A stretch of DNA of 64,000 nucleotides from Octopus sinensis. Its lineage: Eukaryota. The position numbers were made by a program, and so were the translations under genes. Positions within the stretch are counted from its first letter, which is position 1. Every line of letters starts with the position of its first letter. The stretch is from NCBI RefSeq assembly GCF_006345805.1, contig NC_042998.1, forward strand, positions 122,450,001-122,514,000, in the 5' to 3' direction. Below are positions 49,937 to 62,110 of this stretch, piece after piece. Under the pieces are notes generated by a model. That model did no database searches. It had not been told where the DNA came from and worked only from the letters and a program-made list of their open reading frames with translations.

Positions 49937-51232
49937 ATATGTATATATATATGCATACATATATATGTATATATATATATGCATACATATATATGTATAT
50001 ATATATATACATACATATATATGCATACATATTTACTGTATATATATTCACTGGCACTCTAATACATGTGTGTGTAAGTATGTACAATTTTCCCTATTTA
50101 TTTATGTATTTATTTATTGTACAGCGACATGGGCAAAATATTTGAAAAATATGAATTATCCACGTGATATTGTAATTGTTTTTATAATTTGTTCCAGAAC
50201 TATCCTGGGAAATACTATTATCACCTCTATATAAATTTACTAAATGAATTTGCTGTACTATATAATAATATAGAAATTCTATTATCGCCTGTATATATGT
50301 TTATCACCCCTCGAGTTCTAACTAGTTTGATAAGTGCTAACGCATAAAAAAAAATCAGCCCTTGAGTCACTCTGTTGATTCTGCAGAATATGAATAAAAA
50401 ATATGTATACATTCTTTTACTTGTTTAAGTCATTTGACTGTTATTGTTATAATTTTCGGGTGAGGGGTTTACAGGTTGATTGGAGATAAGAGAGAGTAGG
50501 TGAATAAAATTAAAACAATAAAGGAATAAATTAAATGGAGATGATAGAGGTAATTTAAATATAAATAAAGTTTATGGCTAATAAAAGAATGAAATATTCG
50601 TTTATAAAGTATGAACAAAGTTATGAAAATTTGTACTTCTGCAAGGACGCACGTATACATACATACATACACACATGCATACATACATACATACATACAT
50701 ACATACATACATACATACATACATACATACATACATGCTTGCATGCATACAAGTATATACGTATATATACACATATGTGCAAATACAAGAACACGTAGGC
50801 ACATTCACACATGCATATATGTATATATAGATGTGTGTACTCTTCATACCCATCACCCATACGAAGAGTAAGCACACACACACATACATATATGTGTGTA
50901 TTTATGAGTGTGCATACGTATTCATGTATCTGCGCGTGTATGTGTATAAATACGTATATACGTGTTTGCGCAGATATGTGCCTACTTGCGGATGTATATA
51001 TATATGGGTATATGCGTGTGTCTCTGTGTATATATGTATATATGGACGTACGGATACATATGTGTAGGTGTGTATATGTATATGTGCATACTTGCATAAG
51101 TACAAATTCAAGTGTATAAAAGAATTTAAATCAAACTATCTTGATCCCTGCAGGTAACTCCCAATGAATTGGTTGAGTGCCCATCTTTCGTTTGTCCACT
51201 CTCTCGTACGAACACACACACACACACACACA

Positions 51233-51273
<41 letters not shown>

Positions 51274-51301
51274 ACACACACACACTCACACACACGCATA
51301 C

Positions 51302-51358
51302 ATAATATTTTACTTGTTTCAGTCATTAGACTGCAGCCATGGTAGAATACACACACAC

Positions 51359-51404
<46 letters not shown>

Positions 51405-51640
51405 ACACACTCACACATAATCTTTTACTTGTTTCTGTTATTAGACTGCAGCCATAGTGGTGCACACACACACTCACACACAGACACACACGCACACACA
51501 CATACACACACATAATATTTTACTTGTTTCTGTTATTAGACTGCAGCCATGGTGGAGCTCACACACACATACGCACACACACACACACACACACATAATC
51601 TTTTACTTGTTTCTGTTATTAGACTATAGCCCTGAAGGAG
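51302..51640 (-). repeat. Four SINE-tail units separated by (CA)n
   Basis: ataat(a/c)ttttacttgtttc.gt.attagactgcagccat at ~51302, ~51417, ~51512 and ~51594. Confidence 0.85.
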
Positions 51641-52564
51641 CACTTCCTTGAAGAATCTTAGTCGGATGACAAACACCCGCCCCACACACACGTGTGCGAA
51701 AGGCTTCTTTCAGTTTCCATCCACGAATCGAATATGACCGTCATAACAGCTTGCACACTATCTTTAAAACTCTTGCCTACAAAGCCAAGTAGTTCAGAAA
51801 TAAGCAAAAACAAGATCTCGGCTTCCTAATGCGGTGAGTGTTGTTTCGGAATTACCTTCTTTTAGCGAGAAGTCCAAACAAAGGCTAGGATTCCCTCATT
51901 CTCACCTACATGATGGCAGTTAACTCTACTGTGTTCACCTGTCCTTTGATATGTTTTGTTTTTCGTCTTGTAGGATGTTCAATGAAGACCACTTTCCTTA
52001 CCAAGCGGTCTCGGTAAGGTTGCCGGTTTAGTCATCGACCTTTCGACCATACTAAAGACTCCATTGACATTTGTATCACGCGCCCGAACCCCCGACCCCA
52101 CATGACGGGCTCTGAACAGTTTTCATCTACCAAATGTCATTCATAAGATATTGGTGACTCCGAAGGTATAGCAGAAAATCCATGTTCAAAACGTCGTACA
52201 GTAGACTCGAACACGCAGCTACCTGTTTATATATATTGTGCAAATAGGATAAATGATGCATTTGACTCATGCATATTTCGTTAAACAAACAGCAATTAAA
52301 CTCGTTTAATACTTCTGTATCGGCATGTTTAATTAGTATGATAGTGAGGTACACGTAAAGAATGGAGAAACCAAACTAAGCTTCTAGCCTCGTATGTAGC
52401 CATCTTTTGAATGAAGATGTTAAAATAGGATTGTGGTTACTGTGTCTACATCTCAATAATGATTGAAAATAAAGCATTGTCGTGGTAACTCGAAGACGAA
52501 TCCCTGTATACGCGGTCAGGTATCACGAAGAAACCACCATTGTTTCATGCGGTCGGTTTATTAA

Positions 52565-52675
52565 CCAACCAATCAGCGTGAAGCGGTGGTGTGGACAGGT
52601 TTCCTCGAATATTCTAGAATTTGACTTCTGGTTCCCTATAAAACCCATTCGACACGCATTTTTACCAGTCAGCCG
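52565..52675 (+). promoter_or_regulatory. Candidate Pol II core promoter (CCAAT-TATA-Inr)
   Basis: aCCAATcag at 52569, TATAAAA at 52637 and Inr-like ccAgtc with A at 52667, exactly 30 nt from the TATA T. Unique CpG-rich context. Confidence 0.5.
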
Positions 52676-54082
52676 ACCCAGGAAAGTGGCAGAGACAGAT
52701 GGCACAGATAGATGAGGATAGAAACCTCCGTCGCCACGAATATAGCACAATTGTTTCTAGTTACGATGGGCAAGCCGTATTTTAACATATCAATAACTTG
52801 CCGTAAACGTCAAGCAGTATCTTTCTCCAAGTTTGTAATCATTGCTGCCGTCAACTGTGAAAGGCCAACGCAGTTTGTCTTTATTTGCGGTAATTAAATC
52901 TGTTAAATGTCCGCGGGTGTTGTTCAGTTACTTCTACTTGCAGCCCGAGAAACGTATTTTCATTCATCAACTGAACCAGCTACCACAGTAGCCAACAACA
53001 GCAATACACATGCGACAACATAAACACAAAACCACCGTTGACTAGAGTGTGAACCGATAGCGAGTTGGATAATGAAGTGGCAATACTGTAACGATTTGTG
53101 CGTATCAAGAAGCAATCAATGGTGACGATTATTATATAAAAAGTGTGTTTGCATTGGAAGGAAGAGATGGAAGTAATTTTATTCATTTATGTATATATTT
53201 TCGTATTTTCATTTTTAATATAGTTGTTTCTGCAGTCTGTAAAAATAGATATTTTTTTTTAACTGAATTGTTTTTGTGCATATATGTTTACAATAACTTA
53301 TCGAATGAATATTGATAGTGTTTTAACGGTGTTAATTAAAAATTGGTTTCTTTATATACTTTGTTAAAATTTCGATTTCTTATTAATTAGTTGGAAGTTT
53401 TATATATGATTTTGTGTGTTTATGTATGTCTAAACAAATTTATTGAATAATGCTAATGTATTATCAGTGCCAAGTCTTTGTTTATAGAGAATAGGTTTTC
53501 GTACTATAAGTCAGGGATTCAGTTATTGTCTATTTTTATGGGCAGCAACAACGAAATTGATTTCAAAAACACACATCTTTAGTTTACCTGGTTTGTCTCT
53601 TTGCTGTCCTCGGCTTGTTAAAAACAGCAGTTAAGTTTCTCTCAAATAAAACCTTACATCCTTAAGAAAGGAAGAGACGAAAATTATCACGACTAATATG
53701 ACTTTCATATTCTGCTCGATCAGGGTTAACTCAGTGCTAAATAACAATAACCAGGTAAAATGACATAAAAATTTATAGTTTTTTACGCACACACACGCAC
53801 ACATAGAGATGGAGTATGATTATCAAGTTTTCTTGTTGTTGTTGTTGTTGCTGCGCTGTATTTATGTTGATCACGTCATACCACATGCTGACCAGATATT
53901 GATTCGCAATTTCAGTTGTTTGAAACAAAAGCTTTTTATATTCTTCTGTTTGTTTTAGTTTTCTTACTGTAGAGACCGTATATCTATTGGCAATAATAAT
54001 TAATTTTTCATACTTTTGTCTTTCCAATCTTTGTAGCAAATCTGAGAACAAATCTACACACACACACACACGCACACACACA

Positions 54083-54130
<48 letters not shown>

Positions 54131-54869
54131 AGACACACACACTTAGACAAACACACACACACATACACACGTATATGAAGGTATCTGTCATTTTTTGTTT
54201 TGTATGGAGAATCTTGTGTTTTAACATTCATTTTATTTCTATCACGTAGACATTTGTCATAGCTATGAAATCTACTTAATTCACTGATGAGTACTTATAT
54301 AGTGTTGCTAGTATGTTTGAGTGGATTAGAATGTATTTTGTAAAAATTGTATCGGAAACTGTACAAGGGGGTAATTGTCCTCTACGTCTAACTTCTGTGG
54401 ACCCACATGTGATGATCTAGTACAGTGGTTCTTGCATGAATATGATGAATCCTTATAATATTTTGAAGAGTAGCAAAATCACAAAAGTCGAAGCAAGAAA
54501 ATCTTTCCGTGAAAGTAATAATAAATATTATTCATTCTTTTCACAACAGAATTTGTTGAAGTACATTTAATAGAAGTAATTCAACACTTAATTAAACAGA
54601 CAAGCTGATTCGGTATGGTATTTAACAGCTTCACTTCTTGTTATACAATTACGTATACCAAAGCAAAAAGATACGACAGAACTTTAGAGTATTATATAAA
54701 GATTATTTTGTAAGAGGATTTAGTGATACAAGCGGCCAGGTTCATAGCTTAGTAAGCATTAGTTTCTATTTAAGCTGTGTGCATACCAGCATTTTCTCTA
54801 TTTCACTGTTATGCATTAAAACCTAAATCCTAGGTGAAACGATAAACACATTTACGAAATGTAATGAAA

Positions 54870-56480
54870 GTTTTAACCATGGACAAGTTTAGAAGATGCC
54901 TCCTCTTTGGGTTTCATTTTCAGTAAGCTGCATCTTGAGTTACACTCCTGTTGCAACATGTTTCTTAAATTGGTTTTGTGTTTGTAAATGTTAAAAATCA
55001 GGATTCATATGTGTTGTAACAAAGAGAAACTCTTTCATCGCTGCATTTCTAGTAATTGGTTTTCCCTCCATAGCTATAAGCTATAATGCACGGACATATT
55101 CAACAAGCTTATTGAAATTATCACTGTCGTGTAAGTTTGAAATTTAAATAAACTGCTTTTGAAATTTATTAATGTTGACCAAACCCTCATACATAGCATA
55201 ACTATCAATACTAAATGAAATTCGTACCCAATTACACCTTTCAGCATCTTCTGTTGGAATGCACCGATTGAATTCTGTCGTCAATTTTCTTTAATGTTTT
55301 CAGATATTCTACACAACATTAAAATCATTACCATTATCTTCTTTTAATAAATTGACTGCTGGGAAATATGCAGATTTTCAGTGCTTCACTTTCCTTTTCC
55401 ACAATTTGAGCTTTTCTTTAACTGCATGTATTTTCTTCATTAAAGTAATAACCGTCTGATCGCAGTTATGTATAGAGATAATTAAGTTATTAAATTCTGA
55501 AAAAATCTTAGGAAGACAATTTAACTGAAGCGGCCACTTGTAATTGTCTTGAAATTAAAGAATGATTAAAAAAAATCTGTTTCACTTCATTGTGAAGTAG
55601 TGTTAGAACTTTGCTGCGGAACATTTCCGCGAGATAAACATTTGATCTTTGCTAAATAATCGCCCGCGTTCATATTCAGAACTGATTGAAAAGTAAAAAT
55701 CACTGAAGAGACTGTTATGGTAAGATACTAATCTTATAAAGTTTACAAGTTGAACAATGTCCTTTGACATTAAACTAATTCTAACGATATAGTTGAAACA
55801 AGCCTTTTCTCTAAAAAAACAGTAGAATAGGGAACGACGATTAATATACCCTACTTTTCCTCAAAACCCTTGCGAACACGTATCATTGCTGCTGCAGTGT
55901 TGGTGCATACGCCGAAACTAGTCATTCTAGCCCAGAAACTGTTTACTAAAATAGAATTCTATCGTTTCAAAATATCATTTTCTGCAGTCGAAACACAAAA
56001 TGGTTTCCAGAATGAAATCCTTTTCTATGCCATATTCACTGGGCTGTCGTATATAAGCCATAAATTGGACGACTTGCTTTTATTACGGAAAGGAATTGCT
56101 TTCTTAAGCTCTCTCGAAAAATCACTAATACTTTTACATAGCGTATAGTTTGAAAATGGAACCTACTTTAACATCTTAGCAATATCATCTTCACATGTAA
56201 TATGGCTATGTCAATGGTTGCTAGGTTTACAAGATCCTCTCAAATTGTTAGAGTTTCTTTGATTTTGCAACCCTCAAGAAACAGTGTAATATTCATGTAG
56301 TTTATTTCTAAAGAAAATATCGCACTGTTGTTTGAATCTCTGAACCGTCGTCATTTAACAACTTTCTTTTCTTTCAAATGTCAACTTTTCTTTTATTACA
56401 AAATCGTTGCCTTTCTCCTCCAAATGCCTTTGAATTTTGTGTATCAGTGACTTCTTACTTAATATTTCACAACACATCAA
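54870..56480 (-). pseudogene. Decayed hAT transposase, Buster/ZBED5-like
   Basis: Fragments CCEILSKKSLIHKIQRHL, TLTI*EDLV, GVCTNTAAAM, LSRGNV, FLFVTTHM and KTNLRNMLQQE, in the expected order. Confidence 0.75.
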
Positions 56481-58269
56481 ACATTATGGTTAAATCATTA
56501 TATTCGTTGTAATAAATGTAAAGCCTAGTTAGATAAAAAAAATGTCTTTGCAGTGCCGTTTTAACAATATGGATATATCAGTTAACAGCTTCATATGATA
56601 ATATAATTATTATTAAGTAGCATGATTAGAATAATTAATTTAAATAAAGCAAATATAAAGTAATAATGCATTTCCCAAAATAGATGACAAAACTACATAG
56701 TTCCTTTCATCACAAATTTCGACTTCAAGTTTACTAAGAAGGTTTCACTAATATTGCATGAATAAGGCGAATCCTTACAAAAATATTCTAGAGAAAAGCA
56801 GCCATATATATTTACTCGGAGCCGCGGAATCAATGACTTCATCAGCAAAACTTTTGTACTTTCTTCCTTTTTTTCCCAATAAAAGCAATTTTTCATAATT
56901 TCGTAAATACATGAATTTAAAGAAAGCAAACTCTTATTCATGAAAAAACAAACCGAAAGAAAACAACAAAAACTCTCCATTATAATGCATATATTTTATC
57001 GTTTGAACATAAAAGAAAGGTCAGCTTAACCCCTTTTTGTAACTATTCTAAACGTTCAAAAAGTTTATAGTTTGATGAATCTTTAACAGTAAATTCATCT
57101 TCCATTTTTGGGGATAAACAAAAACAATAAAACATTTTTGGTGATTAATTCTAGAATGAAAGTAGTGATGTATAACAGCAACGAAAAAACTTAAACATTC
57201 AAAAATTGCTCAGTGACCCATTGAAAAATCTTTGCTATCCAAGTTTGAGTCACGAACCTGATGTAGTCCAATATAGAATTCGAAAGTCTGGTTGCAGACC
57301 ACATATACAAAGTCTCATAGGGGAGGAGATATTGTATTGGTCACTTCGCGCTAATTTATATGCTCAAGTTTATCAGTGAAACATTGCTTCCTCTTGTAAC
57401 AACACAAGGTTTTATCAAAGATGATCTCTGTCAATTTGTATCCATTATTCACCAGAGATCGGCTCTTATACATCGATGCCTTACTTCGCTTTTTAATTGC
57501 ATTGATGTCCTATTAAAATCTGTTTAGTTAACTTTACATCGATATCCCACTTTGTTTTTTTAAATACATCGTTGAACTGTTTCTTCTCTTCGTGTACCCT
57601 TCCCTTCATTTAGTTAGAAGACAGCTATTAGGTAGTTGTTAGTGCATCATTTACTACATGAACATCCGTCAAAGCTGATATGACAACAAATATGAGTGAT
57701 ATTGGTTTGCCCGAGCTTGTTGACATTTTGCCTTATATCTGAATCTGGATCTGCGTCAGTGGCGTAGCATAGTTTTTGAACGCCCAGTGCGGTAGCCAAA
57801 TTGGCTGTTCTTCTTAAATATGACAACAAACATATGCCTAAAAAGGGGACACTCTGTGCAATTCGCACACCCTGCACACTCCACGTTTCGCCTGATTTTC
57901 CCCTGCATATATTTGGTAATCAAATTCCGGTTTATCGAAATCCAGCAGACATCTTTTCAGGATAATAAAAACTACGAATACCACGTTTAAATTGACATTA
58001 GTCGAAGAACTACAATTACCAATGCTTCCAGTTATGCATATAACAGCACAAGTTTATTCTTCCTTTTAAAGACGTTGATTTGAGAGAGATTTGGCTGTTG
58101 TTTCTAGCAGGTCGTGCGACCACTAGAGGCTTCTATGCTGGCTCGAATGAACACTCGCCAAATTACTTCTGTTGATGGTTACTCAAGGTTGAAAGCCATG
58201 TGAAAGAAAATATTTTTTTCTTTGGTCTTCCAAAACGCACCGAATTCATTGATAACCCTCATCGCGAGG

Positions 58270-59050
58270 CATTGTAGCGTTGTTTGTAGCGCTTGTTCTT
58301 CATGAATCTGAAATGGATTCCATTTATTTCTATATTTGTGAAAAGCTCCATGACATTTTCATGTATGAACTTTATTGAAGTGTTTTGTGTAGTCCATAAA
58401 TTGTAAATGTTCTTCCTTTCTTCTAATCCTCGTTCACTCACTGTTGTTGATGAGCTAAGAGTTTTGTTTGTGCTTTACATTTCCATTACAATCTCATTGT
58501 TCTCCAATATTTCTTTCTTTGTATAAAATCTGTTGTTTTCCCTCGTGATGACTTTAAGGTAGAAGTTTGATTATACGGTTCATAAAGCAATTTCTTTTGC
58601 GAAACCCACACTCAAAATAACATCTAACTTCTAAAGGTATTGATATGAAAATAAAATCCAAGAATTCTTCAGGTGTTTTATCTCTGTCACATATCTTATT
58701 AAACAATTTAGGTATTAATTCAATACTTGATCTGCCATGGGCATTTAGAAATTTTAAGGAGCCTATTACAGTGCTGTTAGAGCTTTTATCTATCTTAATG
58801 CATTTCAATGCATTCCCAATCACTTCTTCTAAGATGAGAAGTCCTTTCAAATTCTTTGTGATTTGGAATTTGACATTTCTTTCATCCTGAATTATGCTTT
58901 TAATATACCCAATCCATCTTTTGAAATTTTATTACTTTTTCAAGTTGATATTAGTCTTTTCTTTATTGATACTTGTATTCGTTTCGTTCATCTTAAATTT
59001 CTTTGTTGTGAAGAAGTATTTCCAGAAATTTCGCCTTTAGTCAGGACGGC
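58270..59050 (-). pseudogene. Old decayed LINE (RTE-like) RT-upstream fragment
   Basis: ILEEVIGNALKCIK...LIPKLFNKIC..KTPEEFLDFIFISIP resembles the region preceding LINE RT motif 1. Confidence 0.55.
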
Positions 59051-59279
59051 TTTGTCAGAGTGCTTTTTGCAATTAGTTTTTAACATAGCAACATTCACAC
59101 ACATTCACCCATCTGCACATATACCCCTCCCATACATACATATACACAAATACATCTTACGAATACGATTCTCAACTGAAAGTATGAAAGGCCTTGTACA
59201 AATGAATTGAATTATCAGGTCTTAGGTGGAATAGTAATAATAATGCTGGTTTCTAATTTAGGCACAAGGGCGTAAATTT

Positions 59280-59540
59280 TTGAGGAGAGGGAGAGTAGTC
59301 AATATCATTTACCTATTTCTTTATTACCCACAAGGGGCTAAACACACAGAGGACAAACAAGGACAGACAAACGGATTAAGTCGATTATATCGACCCCAGT
59401 GTGTAACTGGTACTTATTTAATCGACTCCGAAAGGATGAAAGGCAAAGTCGACCTCGGCGGAATTTGAACTCAGAACGTAGCGGCAGACGAAATACCACT
59501 GAGCATTTCGCCCGGCGTGCTAACGTTTCTGCCAGCTCGC
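59280..59540 (-). mobile_element. SINE whose 3' tail matches the ORF1-only element
   Basis: Head ggcggcgagctggcagaaacgttagcacg; tail ...gccccttgtgggtaataaagaaatag. Confidence 0.9.
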
Positions 59541-59789
59541 CGCCTTCTTATCATTTACCTCAATACTTTACTAACACTTTATTCTAACGACTCAAAGGGA
59601 TGAAAGGCAAAGCGGACAGGGGATATTTTAATACTGAGTGTAAACTGACGGAGCAAATGCATTTTCTGACGTCTTAATGACGTTTTAATAACATATTTTC
59701 TCTCTCGCTTCTCTGTTGCTCTAGTTGACTCAGCAGGCAAAAATGTGTTGTACCTGTTGTTGAATGGGTCAACTTTCTCACATTCGGTG

Positions 59790-59910
59790 TGCCACGCTGA
59801 TTCTCTGTGAAGAGCTCAGCCACTTGCACGGTAATTTCACGAACAGGCTGTTCCGTTGATCGATTCACACAGGAACACTCGTCGTCGTAACCGACAGAGT
59901 GGCCAGTTAT
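59790..59910 (+). mobile_element. 3' half of the SINE seen at 60581
   Basis: gctcagccacttgcacg.taatttcacga...tcgtcgtcgtaaccga. Confidence 0.75.
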
Positions 59911-60580
59911 GTGAACGTGCATGCACACGCAAGCACGCGCGCACATACGCACACGCGCACACACAAATATATAGACAGCAAATTACGCTCTCCTGCTGAT
60001 ACTTCTGACTTATCACCAACCGTTGTTGTCGGCTTGCATGTTCGTTACTTGAGACACTGTACATCACTCGAAAACTTGTTCGTAATCCTATTCGTTCGTG
60101 ATGAGAGGCGTTCGTAAACCGAGGTTCTACCGTATATAATATTGTATAATTATGTTATTGTTGGCTGCAGGAAATATCGCTTGAGAGTTTACACTGAAAT
60201 ATAATATAATATAATATCTATATCAATAAAGGCAAAACGCTGTCTGTCTGTCTGGGACCGCTGTATCGCAGTCTACATAGACATATACCTTTTTGGAATC
60301 ATTTGCTTCTTGAACATCCAGCATTGGGATTGATTTAAAAGCATTTGGGTTGCTATTCCTAGTAGGTAAATCTTGGTTGATTTACGATATCTAAGTTGGC
60401 GTTTATCAGATGTCGTCAGAGACCAAAGGGGAGACATTTACTTCGTTAATTTTACGTCGAGATAAGAACTTTGGGACAAATCGTCCAACAGTTGGAATTC
60501 AACTTGGGACTCGAACAGTAGAATGATCGCATTACAGAGTTAATTCTTATCCAGCCGTAACCTCTGATTAAACACCATCG

Positions 60581-60788
60581 GGGCATATAGCGTAGTGGTT
60601 AAGAGCGCGAGCTACTAACCCCAAGATTCCGAGTTCGATTCCAAGATTCACACTGAATCTCCCTGAGAACTACCTTAAGGGTACACGTGTCTGTGGAGTG
60701 CTCAGCCGCTTGCACGTTAATTTCACGATCAAGCTGCTCCGTTGATCGTATCAGCTGGAACCTTCGTCGTCGTAACCGATGGCGTCCT
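60581..60788 (+). mobile_element. tRNA-derived SINE
   Basis: A box tagcgtagtggtt and B box gagttcgattcc, with no acceptor-stem closure, followed by a repeated non-tRNA body. Confidence 0.8.
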
Positions 60789-61254
60789 CCTTTTCCTTAT
60801 TTTTTATGTACATGTGAATTCATTTTATTTTGTAGTTTCCTTCAAACGATAATAAATTTCGTTATTTCGTGCTGCTTTATGTTTATGTGAACCTGTTTTA
60901 TTTGCACTCAAATTCAAATGAAAATGCAATAATGTATACAAATCTTCTATAATACAATTGTTATTTATTCCAGTTGAATATTGGCTAATAACTCATTTTG
61001 TATGGCAAAACTAAATCTAAATTTAAAATAATATCTCATTTCGCCGAACTTACTTGTAATAATAGTAATTTTGAGAGAAATTCCATCAGCTTTATGTAAG
61101 AACATTTCCCTGAATTATGTCCCGAACACATTAAATACAGTTCAAGACAAAATAAGAAATGGTCACAGCTTCAAAGGCGTGAAAGAATTGTGATTGCCTC
61201 TCCTTTAACGCCAAGTGAAATAACCCGAACTTATCTCAGTATTTAACAACAATT

Positions 61255-61822
61255 AAGGCAGCGTGATGGCAGAAACGTTAGCACGCCGGACAAAATACAT
61301 AGCGGTATTTCGTCTGCTGCTGCGTTCTGAGTTCAAATTCCGCCGAGGTCGACTTTGCTTTTCATCCTTTCGGAGTCGATAAATAAGTACCAGTTACTGG
61401 GGTCGATATAATCGACTTAATCCGTTTGTCTGTCCATGTTCGTCCTCTCTGTGTGTAGCCCCTTGTGGGTAGTAAAGAAATAGGTAGTTCGTCTGCCGTT
61501 ACGTTCTGATTTCAAATTCCACCGAGGTCGACTTTGCCTTTCATCCTTTCGGGGTCGATTAAATAAGTACCAGTTACGCACTGAGGTCGATATAATCTAA
61601 TTAATCCATTTGTCTGTCCTTGTTCGTCCCCTCTGTGTGTAGCCCCTTGTGAGTAGTAAAGAAATAGGTATTTCGTCCATCTTTACCTTCTGAGTTCAAA
61701 TTTCGCCGGGCTTGGCTTTACTTTTCATCCTTCTGGGGTCGATAAAATAAGTACCAGTCAAATACTGGAGTCGATTATATGGTCTTACCAGCTTTCCTCG
61801 AAATTGCTGGCCTTGTGCCAAA
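61255..61822 (+). mobile_element. Head-to-tail SINE multimer (about three bodies)
   Basis: Repeated ctgagttcaaattcc.ccgaggtcgactttgc...ccccttgtg.gtagtaaagaaataggta units. Confidence 0.9.
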
Positions 61823-61939
61823 ATTTGAAACCAATATTTGAAGTCATTTCAGGACAAGAATTATTAGCAAACTTTGTTTTCTTCTTTAATTCTTGATATA
61901 AACGAAACATCAACTTAGCATTAAAAGAACCAATAATAC

Positions 61940-62110
61940 TTTATCCTCTGGCTATGAAGTCTATAGAAATACTTTTTTCATGATAACTAAACACTGTCAT
62001 TATGATTGTTTGCGAAAATTCTTTGTCTCTGATCATTCCTTTCCCTTCGGCTTCAAGAACATCTCCGCTTTTTAGACTCATTAGTTTTCTCGGCATTATA
62101 ACAATGAATC
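61940..62110 (-). pseudogene. Possible pogo/Tigger transposase N-terminal remnant
   Basis: MPRKLMSLKSGDVLEAEGKG loosely resembles the HTH_psq start; short and degenerate. Confidence 0.3.

Noticed and set aside
51302-51640. CRISPR-like repeat-spacer array
   Set aside because: The spacers are (CA)n, the repeats are SINE tails, there are no cas genes, and the context is eukaryotic.
60581-60655. tRNA gene
   Set aside because: It has A and B boxes but no closed acceptor stem, and continues into a repeated SINE body.
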